Of a stretch of 46,754 nucleotides of DNA, positions 8,695 to 17,432 are shown piece after piece (position 1 is the first letter of the stretch; each line of letters begins with the position of its first letter). The stretch is from an uncultured Gammaproteobacteria bacterium (lineage in GTDB: Bacteria > Patescibacteriota > Microgenomatia > UBA10105 > UBA927), in NCBI GenBank assembly GCA_964400835.1, contig CAYNWD010000001.1, forward strand, positions 54,487 through 101,240, in the 5' to 3' direction. The notes under the pieces are model-generated. The model saw nothing but the letters and a program-made list of their open reading frames with translations. It was not told where the DNA came from and did not search any database. Both the position numbers and the translations under genes were made by a program.

Positions 8695-9078
8695 AGCTTC
8701 CCGTGGTATATAGTCTGTATTGAGCCTCGCCGGCGCGCAAAACTTGACTGCGGCAGGCAAGCGGATTATAGTAAAGATACTTAGGACTCGCATTGCGGGT
8801 TCTTTTTTGTTTCTAAAAATGCCTATATTTCCGGAGCGTATTTTTTTTCATCAAAACGGCTCAAACGGCGGCGTTGTTGAAAAACCTTCCGTTCGATGGG
8901 TGGGCGGCTATCCGCGAGTCGTGGGGTTAAACGCGCCGGAACCAGCCACATCGAGGGCTCCGCCTTCGCACCCAACAACCGAAGCTCCTCCTCCCGCGCA
9001 ACCTGGACGAGCCGGAGGACACGATTTGCGAGGAGGTCACGCGGGCAGTACCACAGAGCCACAATAATCCTTCTTCGC

Positions 9079-9107
9079 TTGCATGCATATTCTGCTCGCG
9101 ATATACT
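9079..9107 (+). promoter_or_regulatory. Sigma70-like promoter giving a leaderless transcript
   Basis: TTGCAT 9079..9084, 17 nt, TATACT 9102..9107, then 5 nt (agaac) before ATG 9113. No Shine-Dalgarno sequence. Confidence 0.5.
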
Positions 9108-9112
9108 AGAAC

Positions 9113-9730
9113 ATGGGCACCCAGAAGGTAGACTCCCTGGCCTTCCTCAAAACCGAATTTCTTCGCGATGCAAAAGTCATAGACCACGAACGCGGATACA
9201 TCTCGGTTTCCTCCTTTAACCTGCGCATGAAGCCGGCAATACTCAGGGCCGCTTCCGTACTCATCGCGCGTGAATTCAGTCGTGAGGCCATCGATGTCGT
9301 TCACGGCATCCCCCATTCGGGCAACTATCTGGCCACTGCAGTGGCGTTAGCGCTCAATAAAAATGTCCGCCTGCACAGTTCCCGCAAAGACCAAAATATT
9401 CCGACCAGCTGGAAGGATGTGTACCGCGAAGAAATCCGCTCATTTACGACCAGTAACAGCGGCACCACCGTGTTTTCCGGCATTAACCTTTCGTTCGTAA
9501 AAAAAGGCGACCGCGTGCTTCTGGTCGACGACGTGTGCGCAACCGGCGAAACCGGCCACCGCATCATAAGTGGGCTGCGGGACCGCGGGGTAACGGTCGT
9601 GGGATACGCGGTGCTGTTTGACAAAGTGTTTCAGGGAGGGCTCGACCATGTCGCGACCCTCGGCATTAAAACATACTCCTGCGTACGGGTTACCGAAATC
9701 GGAAAACACGACAAAGTCGTTCTCTTATGA
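9113..9730 (+). CDS. Type I phosphoribosyltransferase (adenine/orotate PRT-like)
   Basis: PRPP loop RVLLVDDVCATGETG. Overlaps the guaA start by 4 nt. Confidence 0.75.
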   Translation: MGTQKVDSLAFLKTEFLRDAKVIDHERGYISVSSFNLRMKPAILRAASVLIAREFSREAIDVVHGIPHSGNYLATAVALALNKNVRLHSSRKDQNIPTSWKDVYREEIRSFTTSNSGTTVFSGINLSFVKKGDRVLLVDDVCATGETGHRIISGLRDRGVTVVGYAVLFDKVFQGGLDHVATLGIKTYSCVRVTEIGKHDKVVLL

Positions 9731-11244
9731 TTCTTATTCTGGACTTCGGCAGCCAAACCGCTCACCTTATCAAACGAAGGATAAAGGAGTTGGGCGCGGC
9801 AGTTTCGGTCACGACACCGGACACTGCATTGCAGGCAATAAAAAAAAATCGGCCTGAAGCGATTATTTTTTCCGGCGGTCCTGCGTCGGTCTATGCTACG
9901 GGATCGCCGACGATTGACACCAAAATTTTTTCTCTCGGCATCCCGATTCTTGCCATCTGCTACGGCATGCAGCTGACCGCGCATCTTTTGGGCGGCAACG
10001 TAAAGCCGGGAAACATAAAGGAATTCGGGCCGGCGACGCTACACCTCGGCAGACCATCAAAACTTTTTGACAGTGTCCCTGCCGTCTCCCGCGTCTGGAT
10101 GAGTCACGGCGATACGGTGGTAACGCCGCCTGCGGGATTTCTCCTCACCGGCAGAACGGACACGATTGCCGCGGCCGGGATGACCCATGAAGCAAAAAAT
10201 ATCTACTGCGTTCAGTTTCATCCGGAGGTGGAACACACAGAGTACGGTACGGCAATCCTAAAAAATTTTCTTCTTCTTTGCGGCATCCGGACGAAACCAA
10301 AAAGCCGGAACATAAAGACCATTGTTCAGGAGATAACAAAAAACATTGGCAACCACAAAGCCATCGCCGCAGTTTCAGGCGGTCTTGACTCAACCGTCGC
10401 AGCCACGCTCGTCGCTCGCGCCATCGGTAAAAATCTCATCCCCGTCCACATCGAAAGCGGGCTCATGCGGCCGGGCACCACGGAAAATGTAAAAAAATAT
10501 TTCTCCGAAACCCTTCATCTGCGGCCGCGCATTCTCAACAGAGAAAAAGAATTCCTCACCGCACTCAAGGGAGTGACGGACCCGGAAAAAAAGCGCAAAA
10601 TTATCGGGGGTTTATACATCGATTTTTTTGAAGAAGAACTGGCAAAACACTCCGGTGTGCGCTTTTTAGTCCAGGGAACCATTTACTCGGACGTCATAGA
10701 ATCCAAAGGTACCAAATACGCCGACACCATAAAGTCCCACCACAATGTCGGCGGCCTGCCCAAGCGCATGAAACTGCGGCTTCTGGAACCCATCCGGGAT
10801 TTGTACACCGACGAGGTGCGGCTGCTCGCAAAAAAACTTCTCATTCCGGATGCACTCATTTCCCAACAGCCCCACCCCGGCCCGGGGTATGCCATACGCA
10901 TTGTGGGCGAAGTCACCCGGGAACGGCTGGACCGCGTGCGGCATGCAGACCAAATTGTGGTTGAAGAAATGCAGATAAGCGGCTGGTACCAAAAACTCCT
11001 TCATTCCTTCGCCGTGGCAACCGGCGCGCAATCCACTGCCGTGCGCGGCGACGGCCGTACGTATGCGGAGGTCATGGCTGTCCGCGCCGTCATCTCCTCC
11101 GACCGCATGACCGCCACTTGGGCGCATCTGCCCAGCGGGCTTTTGCAAAAAATATCTTCAAGAATTGTGAATGAAGTTTCCGGCGTCTCGCGGGTTGTGT
11201 ATGATATAACGACCAAACCGCCGGCAACGCTCGAATGGGAATAG
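9727..11244 (+). CDS. guaA: GMP synthase (glutamine-hydrolysing)
   Basis: N-terminal GATase domain (ILILDFGSQTAHLI, ICYGMQL, FHPEV), ATP-PPase motif SGGLDSTV, and a C-terminal dimerisation domain ending ..PPATLEWE. Confidence 0.95.
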   Translation: MILILDFGSQTAHLIKRRIKELGAAVSVTTPDTALQAIKKNRPEAIIFSGGPASVYATGSPTIDTKIFSLGIPILAICYGMQLTAHLLGGNVKPGNIKEFGPATLHLGRPSKLFDSVPAVSRVWMSHGDTVVTPPAGFLLTGRTDTIAAAGMTHEAKNIYCVQFHPEVEHTEYGTAILKNFLLLCGIRTKPKSRNIKTIVQEITKNIGNHKAIAAVSGGLDSTVAATLVARAIGKNLIPVHIESGLMRPGTTENVKKYFSETLHLRPRILNREKEFLTALKGVTDPEKKRKIIGGLYIDFFEEELAKHSGVRFLVQGTIYSDVIESKGTKYADTIKSHHNVGGLPKRMKLRLLEPIRDLYTDEVRLLAKKLLIPDALISQQPHPGPGYAIRIVGEVTRERLDRVRHADQIVVEEMQISGWYQKLLHSFAVATGAQSTAVRGDGRTYAEVMAVRAVISSDRMTATWAHLPSGLLQKISSRIVNEVSGVSRVVYDITTKPPATLEWE

Positions 11245-11250
11245 AGACAA

Positions 11251-11290
11251 CAATAATCCAATAATCAAATAATCCAATAGTCAAATAGCA
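11251..11290 (+). repeat. Five tandem 8-mers directly upstream of the PNP start codon
   Basis: caataatc caataatc aaataatc caatagtc aaatagca, ending 1 nt before ATG 11292. Confidence 0.8.
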
Positions 11291-11291
11291 A

Positions 11292-12161
11292 ATGAAAAAT
11301 CATAAACAAGATCCATACGTAGAACAGGTTGAAAAGGCTGCGGCATTTATCCGCACACAATACCCAAAATCATTTCGACCAAAAGTTGCCCTTACCCTGG
11401 GGTCCGGGCTCAATAAACTGGGAAACATCATGAAACCAATCGCAACAATACCGTATGCCGATATTCCTTCTTTCCCCCTCTCAACCGTGCCGGGACATGA
11501 AGGCATACTCATTACGGGAACCCTGGAAGGTGTGCCGGTTTTGGGATTTAAAGGAAGAAAACATTATTACGAAGTCGTGCACGAAAAAAATCCCATGGAG
11601 AAGGTGACGTTTGGCGTTCATGTTGCGGCACAGCTGGGGTGCTCGCTGTATGTCGCAACCAATGCGGCCGGCGGACTCAATCCGAAATTTAGAGTCGGCA
11701 ACCTCATGGTGATCTCCTCCCACATCGGCCTGTTTCTCCCCAGTCCGCTCCTTGGCCCGCACCACGATTTTGGAGGAAACCCCCTGTTTCAGCCGCAAAG
11801 CGGAGAGTATGATCCGAGCTTGCGCAAAATTTTCCGGAGCCTTTCGCCGGGTATCTATGAGGGAGTCTACACTGCAGTCACGGGCCGGGCGTATGAAACG
11901 CAGGCAGAGTGCCGGTTACTGCGCAAACTGGGCGCGGATGCAGTGGGCATGTCGACTATTCCGGAGATTATCGTTGCCGCAAACCGCGGTATGAAAACAT
12001 TCGGCGTTTCACTCATCACCAATGTCATTGCCAAAGACGGCACCAATGCGACGAATCACGAAGAAGTCATGGCAGTTTTGGGAAGCAGGAAAACAGAAGA
12101 TACTCTGGTCGCCGTTTTTCGCGGATTCTTCCGCAAGCTCCACGCTAGCCGGGGGTATTGA
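11292..12161 (+). CDS. punA: Purine nucleoside phosphorylase (PNP/MTAP family I)
   Basis: LGSGL phosphate loop, VPGHEG, NAAGGLN and GMSTIPE motifs; 289 aa. Confidence 0.9.
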   Translation: MKNHKQDPYVEQVEKAAAFIRTQYPKSFRPKVALTLGSGLNKLGNIMKPIATIPYADIPSFPLSTVPGHEGILITGTLEGVPVLGFKGRKHYYEVVHEKNPMEKVTFGVHVAAQLGCSLYVATNAAGGLNPKFRVGNLMVISSHIGLFLPSPLLGPHHDFGGNPLFQPQSGEYDPSLRKIFRSLSPGIYEGVYTAVTGRAYETQAECRLLRKLGADAVGMSTIPEIIVAANRGMKTFGVSLITNVIAKDGTNATNHEEVMAVLGSRKTEDTLVAVFRGFFRKLHASRGY

Positions 12162-13629
12162 TGACAATCGGCCGCAACCTGCTCATTGCCTCCAGTGAGT
12201 AACGCACGCCCTGGACCCCGACTCCTGACTTTTTGACTCCGAGAAACGGAAAATGATCCGGCCCGCGCTGGGGAGATCCGTTTATCTGCACCGTCCCCAC
12301 GCCGAGCTGTTTGGCGAGAACAAGTCCTGCTCCCTCATCTGCCGTAAACACCGATGCCTGCAGGCCGTAAGCGGATGCGTTCACTATGTTGACCGCTTCT
12401 GCCATGCTTTTGATTTCAATAAAGGAAAGAACCGGTCCAAAAATTTCCTTTTTGACCACAGGCATATCAGCCGTGACTCCGGTCAGAAGTGTGGGCGCGA
12501 CATAGCGCCCTTTCCGTTTCCCGCCGGTAACAAGTTTTGCTCCTGCCTTTTTCGCATCGGCAATTGCCGCCTCTATTGCCTCGGCTGCTTCCTCTGAAAT
12601 CACCGGGCCGACCAGCTTGGTCTCGGGGCTTCTGGGATCACCCATGTGCACTCCCTCCTTCATGGCCGAGAGCACTACGGGAAGTAATTTGGCAAGAACG
12701 GACTTTGTCCCCAGGACATATTTAATTGCCGTGCAGCGCTGACCCGCATAGGAATATGCACCTTTGACGATCTCTTTTGCTGCGAGCAGCAGGTTCGCAT
12801 CGGGGAGGACGAGCGCCGGGTTGTTGCCGCCGCACTCAAAAACCAAAGGCACCATGCCGGCTTTTTTTGCAATTGCGGCGCCCGTATCCGAACTCCCGGT
12901 GAATGTGATCAAATCCACATCCGGATGAGACACCAATGCCTCACCGATATCTTTCCCCTCACCGGTAACCGCAGTCAATACGCCCTCCGGTACTCCTGCC
13001 TTATGGAATATCTGCACGAGATGAAGTCCGCTTATCCCCCCCAGAGTGGGCGGCTTATACACCACGCTGTTTCCCATAAGAAGCGCCGGGACAATTTTGC
13101 TGGCAGACAAATTGACGGGATAGTTAAACGGCGCAATCGCAACCACGGTTCCGTAGGCAACGCGCTCAATAAGTGCAATCCTCCCCTTGTCGTATCCCGG
13201 AAAATTATCGCTGTCGAGCGTTTCACCGCGAAGCGAGAGCGCCTCATCTGCAAAATAATCAGTCAGATCCGCGGTGCGTTTTATTTCGCTTTTTGCTTCA
13301 TCGCGGGTTTTGCCGATTTCCCGGCTCAAGAGATTGGTGAGGTAGTCTTCAAAATGCCGGATCCAGTCTGCCACCAGATGCATGATCTTCACGCGCTGAT
13401 GTAAAGGTGTCTGTTCCCACATGGGCTGGCTGCGGGTCGCAGACATGAATGCGGCATGAAGCTGCGCCTCCGTGACGCTGGAAAGTCTCGCAAGGATGCC
13501 TCCGGTGACCGGGGAGACAACGCCTGCGGTTTTTTTGTTTTTCCCCTCTTCCCAGTCCGTCCCGTTAAAAAACCGATAGACCGGCGGGGTCGTGTCAGTC
13601 GCAAGCGGACCAAAAAATGAGGCAGGCAT
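12145..13629 (-). CDS. gapN: Aldehyde dehydrogenase family, non-phosphorylating GAPDH (GapN)-like
   Basis: ALDH motifs FTGSSDTG, VFECGGNNPALV (catalytic Cys) and EIFGPVL. Converges on punA and overlaps its 3' end by 17 nt. Confidence 0.8.
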   Translation of the reverse strand: MPASFFGPLATDTTPPVYRFFNGTDWEEGKNKKTAGVVSPVTGGILARLSSVTEAQLHAAFMSATRSQPMWEQTPLHQRVKIMHLVADWIRHFEDYLTNLLSREIGKTRDEAKSEIKRTADLTDYFADEALSLRGETLDSDNFPGYDKGRIALIERVAYGTVVAIAPFNYPVNLSASKIVPALLMGNSVVYKPPTLGGISGLHLVQIFHKAGVPEGVLTAVTGEGKDIGEALVSHPDVDLITFTGSSDTGAAIAKKAGMVPLVFECGGNNPALVLPDANLLLAAKEIVKGAYSYAGQRCTAIKYVLGTKSVLAKLLPVVLSAMKEGVHMGDPRSPETKLVGPVISEEAAEAIEAAIADAKKAGAKLVTGGKRKGRYVAPTLLTGVTADMPVVKKEIFGPVLSFIEIKSMAEAVNIVNASAYGLQASVFTADEGAGLVLAKQLGVGTVQINGSPQRGPDHFPFLGVKKSGVGVQGVRYSLEAMSRLRPIVINTPG

Positions 13630-13683
13630 ATATAATATAAGTATAGGTTGCGGGGCGGAAAATACAAAGACCCGAAAGAATGG

Positions 13684-14469
13684 TTACGCCTGCGGGGCCG
13701 CAGCGGTGGCAATCCGTTTGATAATAACCGCGGTCATGTTGTCCGTTGCCCCGTTTTTTTCCGATTCGTCCAATAGCCTGGTCACCGCTGCCGTCATGTG
13801 TTCGTTGGTGGTGCCTGCCGCAGCCAGGATTGTGGAAATATTTTTTTCCGAAACTGCAGCTGAAACGCCGTCGGTCGCAAGCAGCAAACAGTCCCCGGGG
13901 CCCAGCCTGCCGCCCGTAAAACTCGGGAGCATGCCGTACCGCTGGTAGCCGACATATTTGGTCAGCGCACCGGCTGCGTCCGCATCCGGGGTGGTCAGCT
14001 TGGTCAGCGTTTCTTCGTGAAAGTACCACGCGCTGCTGTCGCCCGCACTGCCGACCCAAAAATTCCGGTCACCGATCATGGCAACGACCATCGTCGTCCC
14101 CAGACCCCCTTCGAACCCCCGCTCCCGCCTCTTTTGCCAGAGCGTAATATTGGTCGAACGGAAAATACGGTTCATAAAAAGTTTTTTGTCCGACCAGTAA
14201 AACTGCCGCTGCCGCACCAGTTTATACGCCCAAACTGCGGTTTCACACGCAAGCCTGCTTGCTACGTCGGAGTGAGTCAGCGAACCGATGCCGTCTGCCA
14301 CCACAAAACACTCATCGTTAAAATTCAGGAAATAATCCTCCTGACGGCGGCGGCGGCCAACGCGCTGACTCGCAGCAAAGATGATGACGTCTTTCGGTTG
14401 GGAAAACTTGAGGGTAAACGGATCAGCCAGCCGCATAGCGTTTGGCAACTTCCTCCCAGTTGACGACAT
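13684..14469 (-). CDS. PP2C-family Ser/Thr protein phosphatase
   Basis: [17 protein letters not shown] and LLATDGV metal-binding motifs. The start is uncertain (14469 or ATG 14436). Overlaps the sod 3' end. Confidence 0.8.
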   Translation of the reverse strand: MSSTGRKLPNAMRLADPFTLKFSQPKDVIIFAASQRVGRRRRQEDYFLNFNDECFVVADGIGSLTHSDVASRLACETAVWAYKLVRQRQFYWSDKKLFMNRIFRSTNITLWQKRRERGFEGGLGTTMVVAMIGDRNFWVGSAGDSSAWYFHEETLTKLTTPDADAAGALTKYVGYQRYGMLPSFTGGRLGPGDCLLLATDGVSAAVSEKNISTILAAAGTTNEHMTAAVTRLLDESEKNGATDNMTAVIIKRIATAAAPQA

Positions 14470-15034
14470 TCCACCAGGCGCTCACGTAATCGGCGCGCAT
14501 ATTCTGGTACTTGAGGTAATATGCGTGTTCCCAGACGTCAAGCCCCAGAACGGGCGTTTTCTTTTCCATGACCGGCGAATCCTGGTTTGGCGTGTCCGCA
14601 ATGATAAGTTTTCCCTGATCCTTCACGAGCCACACCCAACCGCTTCCGAAACGGCCCAGCGCAGAAGCAGCAAATAGTTCTTTAAATTTTTCAAAACTTC
14701 CGAATGATGCTTCTATTGTCTTTGCAAGTTCTCCGGCCGGAAGGCGGGCAGAGGCCTTGGGGTTAGGTGCCATAATCTGCCAGAATAAACGGTGATTGTA
14801 ATGGCCGCCGCCGTTGTTTCGGACCTTGGTGCGCACCGACTCCGGCACCGAATCCAGTTCTGCCAGCAATTCTTCAATGGTCGCATTGCTCAATTTTTCT
14901 AGACCGGTCAGGGCGTCGTTAAGGTTTTTGACATATGCCGCGTGGTGTTTGCCGTGGTGAATCTGCATGGTGCGCTCGTCTATAAACGGTTCCAGACTGT
15001 TGGCTGCGTAGGGTAAATCAGGAAGGGTATGCAT
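14423..15034 (-). CDS. sodA: Fe/Mn superoxide dismutase
   Basis: [39 protein letters not shown]. Confidence 0.95.
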   Translation of the reverse strand: MHTLPDLPYAANSLEPFIDERTMQIHHGKHHAAYVKNLNDALTGLEKLSNATIEELLAELDSVPESVRTKVRNNGGGHYNHRLFWQIMAPNPKASARLPAGELAKTIEASFGSFEKFKELFAASALGRFGSGWVWLVKDQGKLIIADTPNQDSPVMEKKTPVLGLDVWEHAYYLKYQNMRADYVSAWWNVVNWEEVAKRYAAG

Positions 15035-15076
15035 ACGTCACGGTCTCCTTTCGTCCCCGTATTATATAATACAGAC

Positions 15077-17326
15077 ATGGCAAAACGTAAGACCGAAAAG
15101 CCGGTTGGCTCTCGCTTCCCACCCGGCAGCCCCGAACCGAGCATTCAAGAAAAAAAATACTGGAGAGCCTATCTGCCATATACGTTTTTCCTCCTGCCGC
15201 TTCTTCTCGTTCTCTGGTTTTATTTTTTTATCCTCAAGGATCTCCCCTCGCCAGCCCGGCTCGGCCGCTATGATATTCCGCTGTCGACCAAAATCTACGA
15301 CCGCAACGAAAAGCTTCTTTTCGATATTTTTGTCGACCAAAACCGCACTCCCATCCCGCTTTCTGACATCCCCAAACACGTGCAGCAGGCGACGATTGCC
15401 ATAGAAGACAAGGATTTTTACCGGCACCAGGGTATAAATCCCATCGGCGGAATACTGCGCGCGGTCTTTGCGACATTCCGCAAAGGGAGTCTGCAGGGCG
15501 GCTCGACTATTACCCAGCAGCTGGTTAAGTCCGCGCTCCTCACGCCCGAGCGGACCATAAGCCGGAAAATCAAAGAGGCGATGCTTGCGGTCGTCGTGGA
15601 AATCCTCTATTCCAAAGACAAAATCCTGGAACTGTACCTCAATCAGGTTCCCTACGGCGGCACGGCCTGGGGTATCGAAACCGCCACGGAAAAATATTTC
15701 GGCAAGCATACCAAAGACCTGACGCTCTCTGAAGCAGCACTTCTTGCCGGCCTTCCCCAGGCGCCCACCCGCTACTCTCCGTTCGGCGCCCACCCGGAGC
15801 TTGCGAAAGAACGCCAGAAACAGGTTCTCTCCCGCATGGTCGAGGACCGCTACATTGAAAAGGAGGAAGCAGAGGCGGCCTATACCGAGGAGCTCGTCTT
15901 TAAACAGGAAACCGGCATTAAAGCCCCGCACTTTTCCATGTATGTCCGCGAACTTCTGGTGGAAAAGTACGGCCAGGCGGCAGTGGAACGCGGCGGGCTC
16001 AAGGTCATTACGACACTGGACCTGGACCTGCAGGAATATGCGCAGGCGACCGTCACGGCCGAAGTTGCCAAACTGCGCAGTTTCCGGGTGGGGCACGGTG
16101 CCGCTCTTATCACCAAACCCGCGACCGGCGAAATTTTGGCCATGGTCGGCTCGGTGGATTACTTTGCCTCGCCGTCGGGCAGCTTTAATGTGACGACCGC
16201 GCTTCGCCAGCCCGGCTCGTCGATCAAACCCATTAACTACGCGATCGGCATAGAAAATAAAATCATTACCCCGGCGACCATGTTTTTGGATACGCCCACC
16301 TGCTTTGCCAACATAAATCAACCTGCGTACTGCCCAAAAAACTATGACGGAAAATTCCACGGCCCGGTACAGGCGCGCATGGCGCTCGGCAACTCTTACA
16401 ACATTCCGGCAGTCAAAATGCTCTACCTCAACACGGTTCACACCATGGTCGCCTCGGCCAGCGCATTCGGACTGGACACGATTACGGAGCCGTCCCGCTA
16501 CGGGCTCTCCCTGACTTTGGGCGGCGGCGAAGTGCGCATGACAGACATGGCCGAAGCGTTTGGCGTCTTTGCCAATGCCGGCCTAAGAAAAGATCTCGTG
16601 GCGATCCTCAAAGTGACGGACAAAAACGGTAAAGTGCTCGCTGAATTTAAAGACCCCAACAAAGACCACGACATCCCCTCGCAGCTTCTCCTTCAGGGAG
16701 ACCGGGTCGTCTCTGCCGAAACCGCGTTTCTCATAAGCCACATGCTTCTAGATAACAATGCGCGGCAGGATGCGTTCGGCGCCTCTTCCGCACTCGTTGT
16801 TGCGGGTCACGCGGTCTCGGTCAAAACCGGCACTACGGATGACTTGCGCGACAACTGGACCGTCGGCTACACGCCCCAGTATCTCGCCATTACCTGGGTC
16901 GGCAACAACGACAACACGCCCATGAACCAGGCGCTCGTTTCCGGTATTACCGGAGCCGCGCCCATATGGAATAAGCTTATGGCGCACCTACTGCGCGGCA
17001 AACCCGATGTCTGGCCCAAGCAGCCCGACGGCATCGTGGGCAGCCAGATCTGTGCCATGACCGGTCTCCTTCCTCCCAATCCGGACGGGGACGATAAGGG
17101 CTGCAGCACTCGCTTTGAATACTTTATAAAAGGAACCGTGCCGACCGTGCGGGAAAACTTGCGCCAAACCGTGGTTATCGACAAAGATACCGGCGATATT
17201 GTAGCCCCGGGTAAAGAAGGAGCAAATGTGGAGCACCAGGAGCATGCGGTCGCAACAGACGAAACCGGCGCGGTCTGGTGTCTGGACTGCCCCCACCCGG
17301 AAGAAAAAGCAGTGCTCATTAAGTAA
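15077..17326 (+). CDS. Class A penicillin-binding protein (glycosyltransferase plus transpeptidase)
   Basis: GT51 motifs (AIEDKDFYRHQGI, GGSTITQQL) and transpeptidase motifs (SSIKP, SYN, KTGT). I chose the start at ATG 15077, which has TATAAT 15065..15070 six nt upstream. The track start 15029 would overlap sodA. Confidence 0.9.
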   Translation: MAKRKTEKPVGSRFPPGSPEPSIQEKKYWRAYLPYTFFLLPLLLVLWFYFFILKDLPSPARLGRYDIPLSTKIYDRNEKLLFDIFVDQNRTPIPLSDIPKHVQQATIAIEDKDFYRHQGINPIGGILRAVFATFRKGSLQGGSTITQQLVKSALLTPERTISRKIKEAMLAVVVEILYSKDKILELYLNQVPYGGTAWGIETATEKYFGKHTKDLTLSEAALLAGLPQAPTRYSPFGAHPELAKERQKQVLSRMVEDRYIEKEEAEAAYTEELVFKQETGIKAPHFSMYVRELLVEKYGQAAVERGGLKVITTLDLDLQEYAQATVTAEVAKLRSFRVGHGAALITKPATGEILAMVGSVDYFASPSGSFNVTTALRQPGSSIKPINYAIGIENKIITPATMFLDTPTCFANINQPAYCPKNYDGKFHGPVQARMALGNSYNIPAVKMLYLNTVHTMVASASAFGLDTITEPSRYGLSLTLGGGEVRMTDMAEAFGVFANAGLRKDLVAILKVTDKNGKVLAEFKDPNKDHDIPSQLLLQGDRVVSAETAFLISHMLLDNNARQDAFGASSALVVAGHAVSVKTGTTDDLRDNWTVGYTPQYLAITWVGNNDNTPMNQALVSGITGAAPIWNKLMAHLLRGKPDVWPKQPDGIVGSQICAMTGLLPPNPDGDDKGCSTRFEYFIKGTVPTVRENLRQTVVIDKDTGDIVAPGKEGANVEHQEHAVATDETGAVWCLDCPHPEEKAVLIK

Positions 17327-17432
17327 TGCGCGCGTGCGGAGCGTTCTGACGGTTTACCTGACGCCTCAAATGTGATATAACAGCCACAAGCATTTTCCCC
17401 TGCCGGTTTTTGCTCCAACATTGACGAAAACT

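Noticed and set aside
8795-9078. Possible SRP RNA, tmRNA or RNase P RNA, or a ZTP / purine / ykkC-type riboswitch ahead of the purine-salvage operon
   Set aside because: I compared the region by eye with remembered conserved cores: GGAA-tetraloop/AGCAGC of SRP, GGGG..UUCGAC..CCACCA of tmRNA, GAGGAAAGUCC of RNase P, CCGCCUGGGC of ZTP, and GGUCCGAGAG/ACGGCGGGA of ykkC. None matches. In addition, the PRT promoter lies downstream of the region, so it cannot be that operon's leader.
12145-12161. 17-nt overlap of the convergent punA and gapN 3' ends, and the sodA/PP2C overlap at 14423..14469, as possible annotation errors or frameshifts
   Set aside because: Both partners keep family-typical C-termini or N-termini. 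Short overlaps are plausible in a compact genome, and nothing indicates a frameshift.
15062-16441. 459-aa minus-strand ORF, plus other long antisense ORFs at 20430..21131, 24643..25305, 25762..26433 and 26700..27293
   Set aside because: They lie antisense to genes with unmistakable motifs (PBP, YkuK-like, TypA, exported protein). They have Arg/Gly/Ala-rich low-complexity composition, typical of stop-poor antisense frames in GC-rich DNA.
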